From a bacterium (GTDB lineage: Bacteria > Arandabacterota > Arandabacteria > Arandabacterales > JALGWA01), in the NCBI GenBank assembly GCA_050125095.1, contig JASFEA010000037.1, positions 1 to 23,100 on the forward strand: a DNA stretch of 23,100 nt, read 5' to 3'. Position 1 is the stretch's first letter. Every line of letters begins with the position of its first letter. The position numbers were made by a program, and so were the translations under genes. This document shows, in pieces, positions 10,061-17,081 of this stretch. Under the pieces are notes generated by a model that did not search any database, was not told the DNA's origin, and saw nothing but the letters and a program-made list of their open reading frames with translations.

Positions 10061-10162
10061 ACCTGCTTCACACCGCTTTTGTAACCCTCTTTCATAGCCC
10101 TGTGGGGCCCTAAGTCCCTATTTTCAAGGGTTTCCGCGAGTCCGCGTGAAAAGGTGTAACAC
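10055..10162. promoter_or_regulatory. Candidate upstream activator sequences (two 17-bp GTG-N11-CAC imperfect palindromes)
   Basis: GTGTAAACCTGCTTCAC (10055-10071; reverse complement GTGAAGCAGGTTTACAC) and GTGAAAAGGTGTAACAC (10146-10162), about 100-200 nt upstream of a sigma54 promoter. Confidence 0.4.
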
Positions 10163-10214
10163 AAGTGTGGCGCTCGCGTAGCTCTTGTTTGACGTTCGCA
10201 AAATGGTCCCGCGC

Positions 10215-10227
10215 TAACTTGTTGAAA
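10215..10227. promoter_or_regulatory. IHF-like binding site
   Basis: TAACTTGTTGAAA (reverse complement TTTCAACAAGTTA), 12/13 identical to the site at the hsp20 promoter and 36 nt upstream of the -24 element. Confidence 0.6.
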
Positions 10228-10263
10228 TGGCGTCAGATAATATGGCATCGCCGCCTTTCTCCC

Positions 10264-10279
10264 GGGCATAGAAATTGCA
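10264..10279 (+). promoter_or_regulatory. Sigma54 (-24/-12) promoter of the sigma factor gene
   Basis: GGGCAT-AGAAA-TTGCA keeps the invariant GG-N10-GC spacing, about 86 nt upstream of ATG 10366. Confidence 0.7.
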
Positions 10280-10365
10280 TTATGCAATGAGTGACTGTTG
10301 GCTCCAATCGGGTGATGTGTCCGGATGAAGTCCCAAGAGAATAGACATCAAAGAGGTGGACTGAC

Positions 10366-11313
10366 ATGCGGTGCCGAAAGATTGTCGTAGACGATGAGAG
10401 CTTCACGCTTCCCACCCGGGAGGACAGGAAGTCGGGCGGCAGAGCGGATGGTGATGTCCCGGCCCTTGGCTCCAGGGCTTCGGCCGAGTCTTTAAGTGTC
10501 TACATGAAGGCCATCAGCCGCATCCCGCTTCTGACCAAGAGGCAGGAGAGGGAACTGGCAGCCCGCGCCAAAAAGGGTGACCGCCATGCGCGCGACATGA
10601 TGATCAAGGCCAATCTCAGGCTCGTGGTGGCCATAGCGCGCAGGTACAGGGGAATGGGCCTTCCCCTGAGCGATCTCATCAGCGAGGGCAATCTGGGCCT
10701 TATCAAGGCCGTGGAACGCTTCAAGCACGAGAAGGGCTTCCGCTTCAGCACCTATGCCTCGAAGTGGATTCGTCAGGCAATCACCAAGGCGCTGGCAGCT
10801 GACAGCAGGACGGTCAGGTTGCCCGCCAATGTAATAGAGCTCATGAGAAAAGCCAGAACCGCAGAGCAGGTTCTCTCCAAGGCCAGGAACGAGACTCCGG
10901 GCAGCGATGAGGTCTGCCGGAGTATCGGCATATCCTCGAAGCGATATGCACAGATTGCCGGGGCATCAACTACGGTCTCGCTCGATTCCCCGTGCACGCC
11001 CGACAGCGAGGTGAGCCTCTATGAGGTCATCGCCGACGCCCATTCACGGCCGCCGGATGAGGTCGTGGGCAGGCGGCTGGACTCGGGGCGGCTCGAAGAG
11101 CTGCTCGAGAGCCTCTCCAAGAGGGAGAGAGTGATTCTGTCCTACAGGTTCGGACTGGAGGACGGGAACCTCAGGTCCCTCGAAGAGACGGGCCGCATGA
11201 TCGGCATCACAAGGGAACGCATCAGGCAGATCGAGAAACGGGCCATCGAGAAGATGCGCAGGATGCTCAAGCGTCGCAAAATGGAAAAGCTCCTCATGAC
11301 AAAAGACGAATAG
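10366..11313 (+). CDS. RpoD/SigA-family sigma70 factor lacking region 1.1 (alternative group 2-like sigma factor)
   Basis: Region 1.2 '[16 protein letters not shown]', region 2 '[52 protein letters not shown]', region 3 'TVSLDSP', region 4 '[29 protein letters not shown]'. Confidence 0.92.
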   Translation: MRCRKIVVDDESFTLPTREDRKSGGRADGDVPALGSRASAESLSVYMKAISRIPLLTKRQERELAARAKKGDRHARDMMIKANLRLVVAIARRYRGMGLPLSDLISEGNLGLIKAVERFKHEKGFRFSTYASKWIRQAITKALAADSRTVRLPANVIELMRKARTAEQVLSKARNETPGSDEVCRSIGISSKRYAQIAGASTTVSLDSPCTPDSEVSLYEVIADAHSRPPDEVVGRRLDSGRLEELLESLSKRERVILSYRFGLEDGNLRSLEETGRMIGITRERIRQIEKRAIEKMRRMLKRRKMEKLLMTKDE

Positions 11314-11325
11314 CTTTTGTCTGCC

Positions 11326-11376
11326 GGGATTGCGCTTCCGTTCTCCCCGCAACGGGGGCGCAATCCCTTGCGTTTT
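11326..11376 (+). terminator. Rho-independent terminator-like hairpin after the sigma factor gene
   Basis: GGGATTGCGCTTCCGTT/AACGGGGGCGCAATCCC forms a 17-bp stem with two G-U pairs, followed by TTGCGTTTT. Confidence 0.7.
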
Positions 11377-11377
11377 A

Positions 11378-11406
11378 TTGACATCCCCCTGTGCCACCTT
11401 TAGTAT
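11378..11406 (+). promoter_or_regulatory. Sigma70-type promoter of amrS
   Basis: TTGACA-N17-TAGTAT followed by RBS GGAGGT. Confidence 0.7.
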
Positions 11407-11426
11407 TTAGGTGGAGGTAAAACTCG

Positions 11427-12560
11427 ATGCCTGGCATGGATAGGCGCGCATTCCTGGGAAGAATGGGGCTGGGCGCATGCGCCGTGGCGAGCGGCGGGCT
11501 TGTGCCGGCGACCCTCATTGCGGGTGACAGGTTCCTTGGCTCGCCCTATGTCAAGGAAGCCCTCTTCTACGAGAAACTCGACGACAATTTCGTTCGCTGC
11601 CGCATCTGCCCCAGGGAATGCGTCGTCGGACCGGGGCAGCGCGGTTACTGCCGCGTCAGGGAAAACTACGAAGGCAAGTACTATACCATCGTGCACGGGC
11701 GCGTCTGCGCCTATCATGTCGACCCCATAGAGAAGAAGCCTCTATTCCATTTCCTTCCCGGGACGACGGCGTTCTCCATAGCCACCGTGGGCTGTAACCT
11801 GGAGTGCAAGTTCTGCCAGAACTGGGAGATCTCGCAGGAAGTGCCCGAGAATGTGGGCGCCACCAATATGTCCCCCGAGAGGGTGGCCGCGGCGGCGGAG
11901 AAATACGGCTCGCCCACCATCGCCTACACGTATACGGACCCCAATGTCTTCTACGAGTTCGTACTCGACTGTGCCCGGGCGGGGCATGAAGAGGGCCTTA
12001 GAAGCGTAGTGATCTCGGCGGGTTATCTCAACAGGGAGCCGCTCCTGGGTTTCATCTCCAACCTGGACGCCATGAAGATAGACCTGAAATCATTCAAGGA
12101 CGATTTCTACAGGGACATCTGCGGCGCGAGGCTAAAGCCCGTGCTCGATACCATAACCACAATCCGGGACAAAGGCCTGTGGCTCGAGATAGTGAACCTC
12201 ATGATCCCGACGCTCAATGACGACGAGAAGGAAGTGGACGCGATGTGCAAGTGGATCGTCGAGAACCTCGGCGACGACGTGCCGGTTCACTTCACGCGTT
12301 TCTATCCCAAGTATAAGCTCAAGAACCTTCCGCCCACGCCGGTCTCCACGGTGGAGCGGGCCCGCGAGATAGCGCTTGCCAGGGGCATGAAGTTCCCGTA
12401 CGTCGGCAACGTCCCCACGGGCAATCCGGGCGAGTCGACCTACTGCCCCGGCTGCAATGAAATGGTCATAAAGAGGGCGGGCTACGCCGTGGTCTCGATT
12501 GATCTCATTGACGGCAAGTGCCCCAGGTGCGGCACCGCGATCCCCGGCGTCTGGTCCTAG
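11427..12560 (+). CDS. amrS: AmmeMemoRadiSam system radical SAM enzyme with N-terminal twin-arginine signal
   Basis: 'VRCRICPREC...GYCRVREN', 'VDPIEKKPLFHFLPG', CxxxCxxC 'GCNLECKFCQNWEISQ', 'VPVHFTRFYP', C-terminal 'TYCPGC...GKCPRCG..IPGVW'; N-terminus 'MDRRAFLG' plus a hydrophobic stretch. Confidence 0.9.
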   Translation: MPGMDRRAFLGRMGLGACAVASGGLVPATLIAGDRFLGSPYVKEALFYEKLDDNFVRCRICPRECVVGPGQRGYCRVRENYEGKYYTIVHGRVCAYHVDPIEKKPLFHFLPGTTAFSIATVGCNLECKFCQNWEISQEVPENVGATNMSPERVAAAAEKYGSPTIAYTYTDPNVFYEFVLDCARAGHEEGLRSVVISAGYLNREPLLGFISNLDAMKIDLKSFKDDFYRDICGARLKPVLDTITTIRDKGLWLEIVNLMIPTLNDDEKEVDAMCKWIVENLGDDVPVHFTRFYPKYKLKNLPPTPVSTVERAREIALARGMKFPYVGNVPTGNPGESTYCPGCNEMVIKRAGYAVVSIDLIDGKCPRCGTAIPGVWS

Positions 12561-12583
12561 CCCCCGGCTGTCCGGCGCTTCCA

Positions 12584-12615
12584 TGGCACGTTCTCTCATT
12601 GGCATGTTTTCTCAT
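12584..12615. repeat. 16-bp imperfect tandem duplication
   Basis: TGGCACGTTCTCTCAT (12584-12599) and TGGCATGTTTTCTCAT (12600-12615). Confidence 0.7.
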
Positions 12616-12647
12616 TCACCGCCGTGCCGGCGCTCACGCGGGCGCGC

Positions 12648-12676
12648 TTGACAGCGCCCGGTTGCGGTGATAGCCT
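12648..12676 (+). promoter_or_regulatory. Sigma70-type promoter of moeA-mog-recD2
   Basis: TTGACA-N17-TAGCCT with an extended -10 TG. Confidence 0.6.
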
Positions 12677-12687
12677 CAGGAGCTACG

Positions 12688-13950
12688 ATGAGAGATGAAC
12701 ACCTCTTCGCCACGCCCGATGAGGCGCGGCGCATCATGCTCGATCACGTCCGCCTCATGGACACCGAGCGGGTCCGGCTTGCGGGCGCGCTCGGCAGGGT
12801 GCTCAGGGCCCCCATATTGAGCGACATCGACTATCCCCGCTCGGACGTCTCCTCGATGGACGGCTATTGCCTTGCTTCGGAGGGTACGGCCGGAGCTTCG
12901 GGAGCTAGCCCTCTTCGATTCCCGGTGAGGGGCAAGTCCACGCCTGGCGCCGAGCCGCCTCGCTGCGAGCCCGGAACCTGCGTGCTCATCACCACGGGGG
13001 CGCCGCTCGCGAAAGGCGCCGACGCCGTGGCCCGATACGAGGACGTCACGGAGCACGGGGAAGGTGGGGAAGTAAAAGGGGAAGTCACGAGCATTGATAT
13101 AAGAAAACCTGTCCCGCCCGCGAATTATGTAAGGAGGCAGGGCGAAGTCATTAGAAAAGGGGACGCGGTTCTCGAACCCGGCGCCCTTGTAACCCCGCAG
13201 GCGCTCGGCATCCTGGCTTCATTCGCGGCCGGCCCTTATGAGGTCTCGCGGAGACCGCGCGCGGCGGTGCTCGCCACCGGCGACGAGCTCCTGCCCTCCG
13301 GCGCAGCCCTCGGCCCCTATTCCATAAGGGACTCGAACTCGCCCACGCTGGCCGGAATGCTGGAGAGCGCCGGCTGCGATGTGGCCGTGTCTGAGAGCGC
13401 AGGAGACAACCAGGAAGTTATCACGGGATTTCTCGATGACCGCGGCGACTGCGACGTCGTCATGATATCGGGCGGCGTCTCGGGCGGGCGTTTCGATTTC
13501 GTTCCCGCCTGCCTCGAGCGCATCGGCGCCAGGATCATATTGAGGGGCGTGAAGATGACTCCCGGCAAGCCCGTGCTCTTCGCGCTGAGGGGCGATACGG
13601 CCTATTTCGGAGTCCCCGGCAATCCGGTATCGGCTGTGGTATCGCTTCTGATGCTCATAAGGCCTTTTATTCTGGCCATGTTGGGAAGAACCGACTACCT
13701 TCCGGTTTCGATTGAAGCCAGGTGCTCGGGCGCAATAACCAGGAAAACTCCCTACGTGACTTTCACGCCGGGCCTGCTTACGTCGGACATGGTGGTCACA
13801 CCTATGCGTTTCCTGGGATCGGGTGATATAATGTCACTGGCCGGAGCCAATGCCCTGATCTCTATTCCGGAGGACAGGGATGAGGTGGCCGCGGGCGACG
13901 TGGCCCGCGTATATCCGTTTGACTTGATCAAGCAGGGTGGTGAGGCATGA
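12688..13950 (+). CDS. moeA: Molybdopterin molybdotransferase MoeA (gephyrin E-like)
   Basis: 'ALGRVL', 'SSMDGY', 'ITTGAPL..GADAV', 'VLATGDEL', 'IRDSNS', 'SGGVSGG', 'PGKPV', 'GVPGNPVSA'. Start moved to ATG 12688 after AGGAG and downstream of the promoter. Confidence 0.92.
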   Translation: MRDEHLFATPDEARRIMLDHVRLMDTERVRLAGALGRVLRAPILSDIDYPRSDVSSMDGYCLASEGTAGASGASPLRFPVRGKSTPGAEPPRCEPGTCVLITTGAPLAKGADAVARYEDVTEHGEGGEVKGEVTSIDIRKPVPPANYVRRQGEVIRKGDAVLEPGALVTPQALGILASFAAGPYEVSRRPRAAVLATGDELLPSGAALGPYSIRDSNSPTLAGMLESAGCDVAVSESAGDNQEVITGFLDDRGDCDVVMISGGVSGGRFDFVPACLERIGARIILRGVKMTPGKPVLFALRGDTAYFGVPGNPVSAVVSLLMLIRPFILAMLGRTDYLPVSIEARCSGAITRKTPYVTFTPGLLTSDMVVTPMRFLGSGDIMSLAGANALISIPEDRDEVAAGDVARVYPFDLIKQGGEA

Positions 13951-14441
13951 AACTCAATGTGGTTGTACTGACAATCAGTTCGAGTGCAAGCAAGGGGGAG
14001 AGGAAGGACGCCAGCGGGGCGGCCATTCTGGATTTCGTCAAAGCCCGGAACTGGCAGATAATAAGGCATGATATCGTGGCGGATGACGAGCATCACATCA
14101 GCGAGTACCTCAAGTACATATGCGACACGGGCGTCCCCGACCTCGTGCTCACGACCGGGGGAACTGGGCTCTCGCGGGACGACAGGACTCCTGAGGCGAC
14201 GCGCAAGGCCATCGACCGCGAGGTTCCCGGGATAGCGGAAGCCATGCGCATGGCGGGGCGCGAAACCACGCCGACGGCGATTCTCTCTCGCCAGGTGGCC
14301 GGCATAAGGGGGGAGACCCTCATCGTCAACCTCCCGGGCAGCCCCGTGGCCGTAAGCGAGTGCCTGGAGGTGATAGGAGACATTCTTGGACACGCCTGCG
14401 ATGCCATAAGGGGGGAGGCGCACGACAGTGGGAGTGGATGA
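13947..14441 (+). CDS. mog: MogA/MoaB family molybdopterin adenylyltransferase
   Basis: 'VLTIS', 'DASG', 'LVLTTGGTGLSRDDRTPEAT', 'AILSRQVAGIRG', 'VNLPGSP'; ATGA overlap with moeA. Confidence 0.9.
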   Translation: MKLNVVVLTISSSASKGERKDASGAAILDFVKARNWQIIRHDIVADDEHHISEYLKYICDTGVPDLVLTTGGTGLSRDDRTPEATRKAIDREVPGIAEAMRMAGRETTPTAILSRQVAGIRGETLIVNLPGSPVAVSECLEVIGDILGHACDAIRGEAHDSGSG

Positions 14442-16584
14442 GGGGATCTTCGAGGAGCGGCTCGAAGGCGTCGAAGGTGAAGTAGTAAAGGTGACTTTCC
14501 ATTCCGAAGACGGCTACACCGTCTTGAGGTTCAGGACCCAATCCGATGAGTTCACGTGCACGGGCCACTTCGCGCGCATCGGACCCGGCGACAGGCTGCG
14601 CGTCACCGGCAAGTGGGTGGTGCATCCCCGTTACGGCACCCAGCTCAGTATCGAGTCCTATGAGATAGTGCCGCCGCATACCGTCGACGGGATCGCGCGC
14701 TATCTGGGCTCGGGCCTCATCAAGGGCATCGGAAAGGAATACGCCCAGCGGATTGTCGAGAAGTTCGGGGAGAAAACGCTCGAGATCATAGACAGGCGGC
14801 CCGAGCGGCTCCTGGAGGTCGAGGGCATCGGCCGGTCGCGGCTCAAGGCAGTCAAGAAGGCGTGGCGCGAGGAGCGGGCCATGAGCGAGCTCGTGATGTT
14901 TCTCGAGTCGCACGGGGTGAGGGCCACGAGCGCGCTCAAGATATACAAGCGCTACGGCGGCAAGGCAATCGAGATCGTGCGCGAGAATCCCTACAGGCTG
15001 GCCTCCGACATCTGGGGAATAGGATTCGTAACTGCCGACAAAATCGCCTATAAGCTCGGCATCGACCCCGAGTCGGTCATCCGCATCCGGGCGGGCATCA
15101 CCTATGTGCTGGGGCAGGCCACAGACGAAGGCCATGTCTTCCTGCCGCGGGAGTTCCTCTCCACGCGCTGCGTGTCGCTCCTCGGGGTGGGCGAGGACTC
15201 GTTTGACGACGCTTTAGACGGCCTGCGCCGCGACGGCGAAGTCGTGATAGAGGACGAGAACGTATATCTCCCGCATCTCCATGAGGCGGAGACCTCAATA
15301 GTGGTTGACCTCAAGTCGCGCCTGGACCTCGAGCATCGCCCCGACGTCGATGATGTCGAGTCCACGCTCTTGGCCATAGAGAGGGCCCAGGGCGTCACAT
15401 TCGACGGGAGCCAGCTCAACGCCATAAGCCGGGGCCTGAGGTCGGGCTTCACCGTGATCACGGGGGGCCCCGGGACGGGCAAGACCACAATCGTCCAGGC
15501 CTTCGTCAGGGTATACGAGTCCAACAACCGCGCCATCGCGCTGGCGGCGCCCACGGGCAGGGCCGCCAAGCGCATGAGCGAAGTCACGGGCCGGGAGGCG
15601 AAGACCATACACAGGCTGCTTGAGTTCAATCCCAAGGATAATCTCTTCAGGCGGAATGAGGAGAACCCTATAGAGGCCGACCTCATCGTGGTGGACGAGG
15701 CCTCCATGCTGGACATAATGCTGGCATCGGCGCTCCTCAAGGCCGTCAAGTCCACGACTTCGGTTGTGTTCGTCGGGGACGTGGACCAGCTTCCTCCGGT
15801 GGGGCCGGGGAATTTCCTTAAAGACCTGATCAACTCGGACTGCTTTCCCGTGCACAGGCTCACGCAGATATTCCGGCAGGACGAGACAAGCACCATAGTG
15901 GAAAATGCCCACAGCATAAACAGGGGGGAGTTTCCGGAGTTCAGCCGCGCCGAGGGCGACTTCTTCCTCTTCGACCAGGCCGAACCCGCGGAAGTCGCGA
16001 ATACCATTGTGGACCTCGTGAGCGCGCGCCTGCCCGCCAGGTTCGGTTTCGACAGGTTTGCCGACATACAGGTGCTCTCGCCCATGTACAAGGGCGACGC
16101 GGGGGCCACCAACCTGAACGCCATGCTCCAGCAGGCCCTCAACTCCGGAGGCAAGCGCATGGGCGATCTCCGTTTCCGCGAAGGCGACAAGGTCATGCAG
16201 CTCAGGAACAACTATGAGAAGATGGTATTCAACGGAGATATCGGGAGGGTCCTCGAGTGCGACCCCGAAGAGGGGAAGCTCACGGTGAACTTCGACTTCC
16301 CCGTTGAATACGACCGCTCGGAGCTCGACGAAATCACGCTGGCTTATGCCGTGACGGTTCACAAGAGCCAGGGAAGCGAGTTTCCGTGCATAGTCATGCC
16401 GGTTCTCACCCAGCACTATATCATGCTGTTCAGGAAGCTCCTCTACACGGCCGTCACCAGGGCCAAGAAACTCGTTGTCCTCGTGGGCAGCCGCCGCGCC
16501 GTGGGTATAGCGGTGAGGAACGTGAGGACAGACCGGCGCTATTCGGCGCTCGGCACGCGACTGAAGGCCGCTATTCCCTCCTAG
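14428..16584 (+). CDS. recD2: ATP-dependent RecD2-like DNA helicase
   Basis: N-terminal 'HPRYGTQ', 'YLGSGLIKGIG', 'ENPYRLA..IWGIGFVTADKIA'; SF1 motifs 'ITGGPGTGKTT', 'APTGRAAKR', 'TIHRLL', 'VDEASM', 'GDVDQLPPVGPG', 'AYAVTVHKSQGSEF', 'YTAVTRAK'. Confidence 0.95.
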   Translation: MGVDEGIFEERLEGVEGEVVKVTFHSEDGYTVLRFRTQSDEFTCTGHFARIGPGDRLRVTGKWVVHPRYGTQLSIESYEIVPPHTVDGIARYLGSGLIKGIGKEYAQRIVEKFGEKTLEIIDRRPERLLEVEGIGRSRLKAVKKAWREERAMSELVMFLESHGVRATSALKIYKRYGGKAIEIVRENPYRLASDIWGIGFVTADKIAYKLGIDPESVIRIRAGITYVLGQATDEGHVFLPREFLSTRCVSLLGVGEDSFDDALDGLRRDGEVVIEDENVYLPHLHEAETSIVVDLKSRLDLEHRPDVDDVESTLLAIERAQGVTFDGSQLNAISRGLRSGFTVITGGPGTGKTTIVQAFVRVYESNNRAIALAAPTGRAAKRMSEVTGREAKTIHRLLEFNPKDNLFRRNEENPIEADLIVVDEASMLDIMLASALLKAVKSTTSVVFVGDVDQLPPVGPGNFLKDLINSDCFPVHRLTQIFRQDETSTIVENAHSINRGEFPEFSRAEGDFFLFDQAEPAEVANTIVDLVSARLPARFGFDRFADIQVLSPMYKGDAGATNLNAMLQQALNSGGKRMGDLRFREGDKVMQLRNNYEKMVFNGDIGRVLECDPEEGKLTVNFDFPVEYDRSELDEITLAYAVTVHKSQGSEFPCIVMPVLTQHYIMLFRKLLYTAVTRAKKLVVLVGSRRAVGIAVRNVRTDRRYSALGTRLKAAIPS

Positions 16585-16730
16585 CGCTCCCTCATGGAAG
16601 TCGCGGTATCTTGCAGGCGGCCATTCCCTCACAGACCTGCCATATAGAAGGCGCGATAACTTGCATGCGGCCTCGCCTTGTGATAAACTCGCAGGACTCG
16701 TGAAACGGGGGTGCGGGGATAAAGAAAAAA

Positions 16731-16858
16731 GAGTCAGGACTCCGACCCAGGGGTGTCTCCTCCACTCTAGTGAACCCAGGGGCGAGCTCTCTAGTTGCTC
16801 TCGAGTGCGATCGGTTCAGGGCGTCAGGAGCGCACCGCAAGGGCAGGGTACCTGACCC
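16731..16858 (-). ncRNA. ssrS: 6S-like RNA (short, about 128 nt)
   Basis: The minus strand folds as a rod: GGGUCAGG/CCUGACUC, GGUG/CACC, CUCCU/AGGAG, UGAACC/GGUUCA. It contains CCCUGAACCGAU and GGGUUCA, resembling conserved 6S elements flanking the central bubble. It is followed by a U6 run and preceded by a promoter. The terminal G-U pair favours the minus strand. Confidence 0.6.
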
Positions 16859-16864
16859 AATAAA

Positions 16865-16894
16865 ATACTAACCCCAAAAAGCGCATGTAGTCAA
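16865..16894 (-). promoter_or_regulatory. Sigma70-type promoter of the 6S-like RNA
   Basis: The minus strand reads TTGACT-N18-TAGTAT; the expected start falls at the first G of the terminal stem (16858). Confidence 0.65.
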
Positions 16895-17081
16895 GGAATG
16901 AAAGTCAGGATTTTTGGCGACCAAAATAGCGACGGTGTAATACATATATAACTTAATTACTTATGCGATTTTGCCAGAATCTACTTTAAGTGTCGCGAAG
17001 GTCTCCCGGGCGGGTTGCGCCCGGGAATTCGCCCGCTTATCTTAAGTCCGGAGGCGTGCTGCCGTCCGGCAGGAATCATGA

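Noticed and set aside
10243-10258. Second sigma54 promoter starting TGGCAT
   Set aside because: No TTGC -12 element at the right spacing; the site at 10264 fits instead.
12584-12615. Sigma54 promoters (TGGCAC/TGGCAT)
   Set aside because: Neither copy has the -12 GC at the required GG-N10-GC spacing.
15102-16632. Long antisense ORFs (369 and 445 aa) and similar shadow ORFs across the window
   Set aside because: They lie opposite well-supported genes and are expected from GC-rich codon bias.
16592-16855. Short ORFs 16592-16840 (-) and 16661-16855 (+)
   Set aside because: No recognisable protein features; they overlap the structured ncRNA, which explains the region better.
16900-17081. LexA/SOS box or sigma54 promoter upstream of uvrA
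   Set aside because: The region is AT-rich with a small palindrome (TTTTGG-CGA-CCAAAA), but I found no match to a LexA box I know and no GG-N10-GC consensus.
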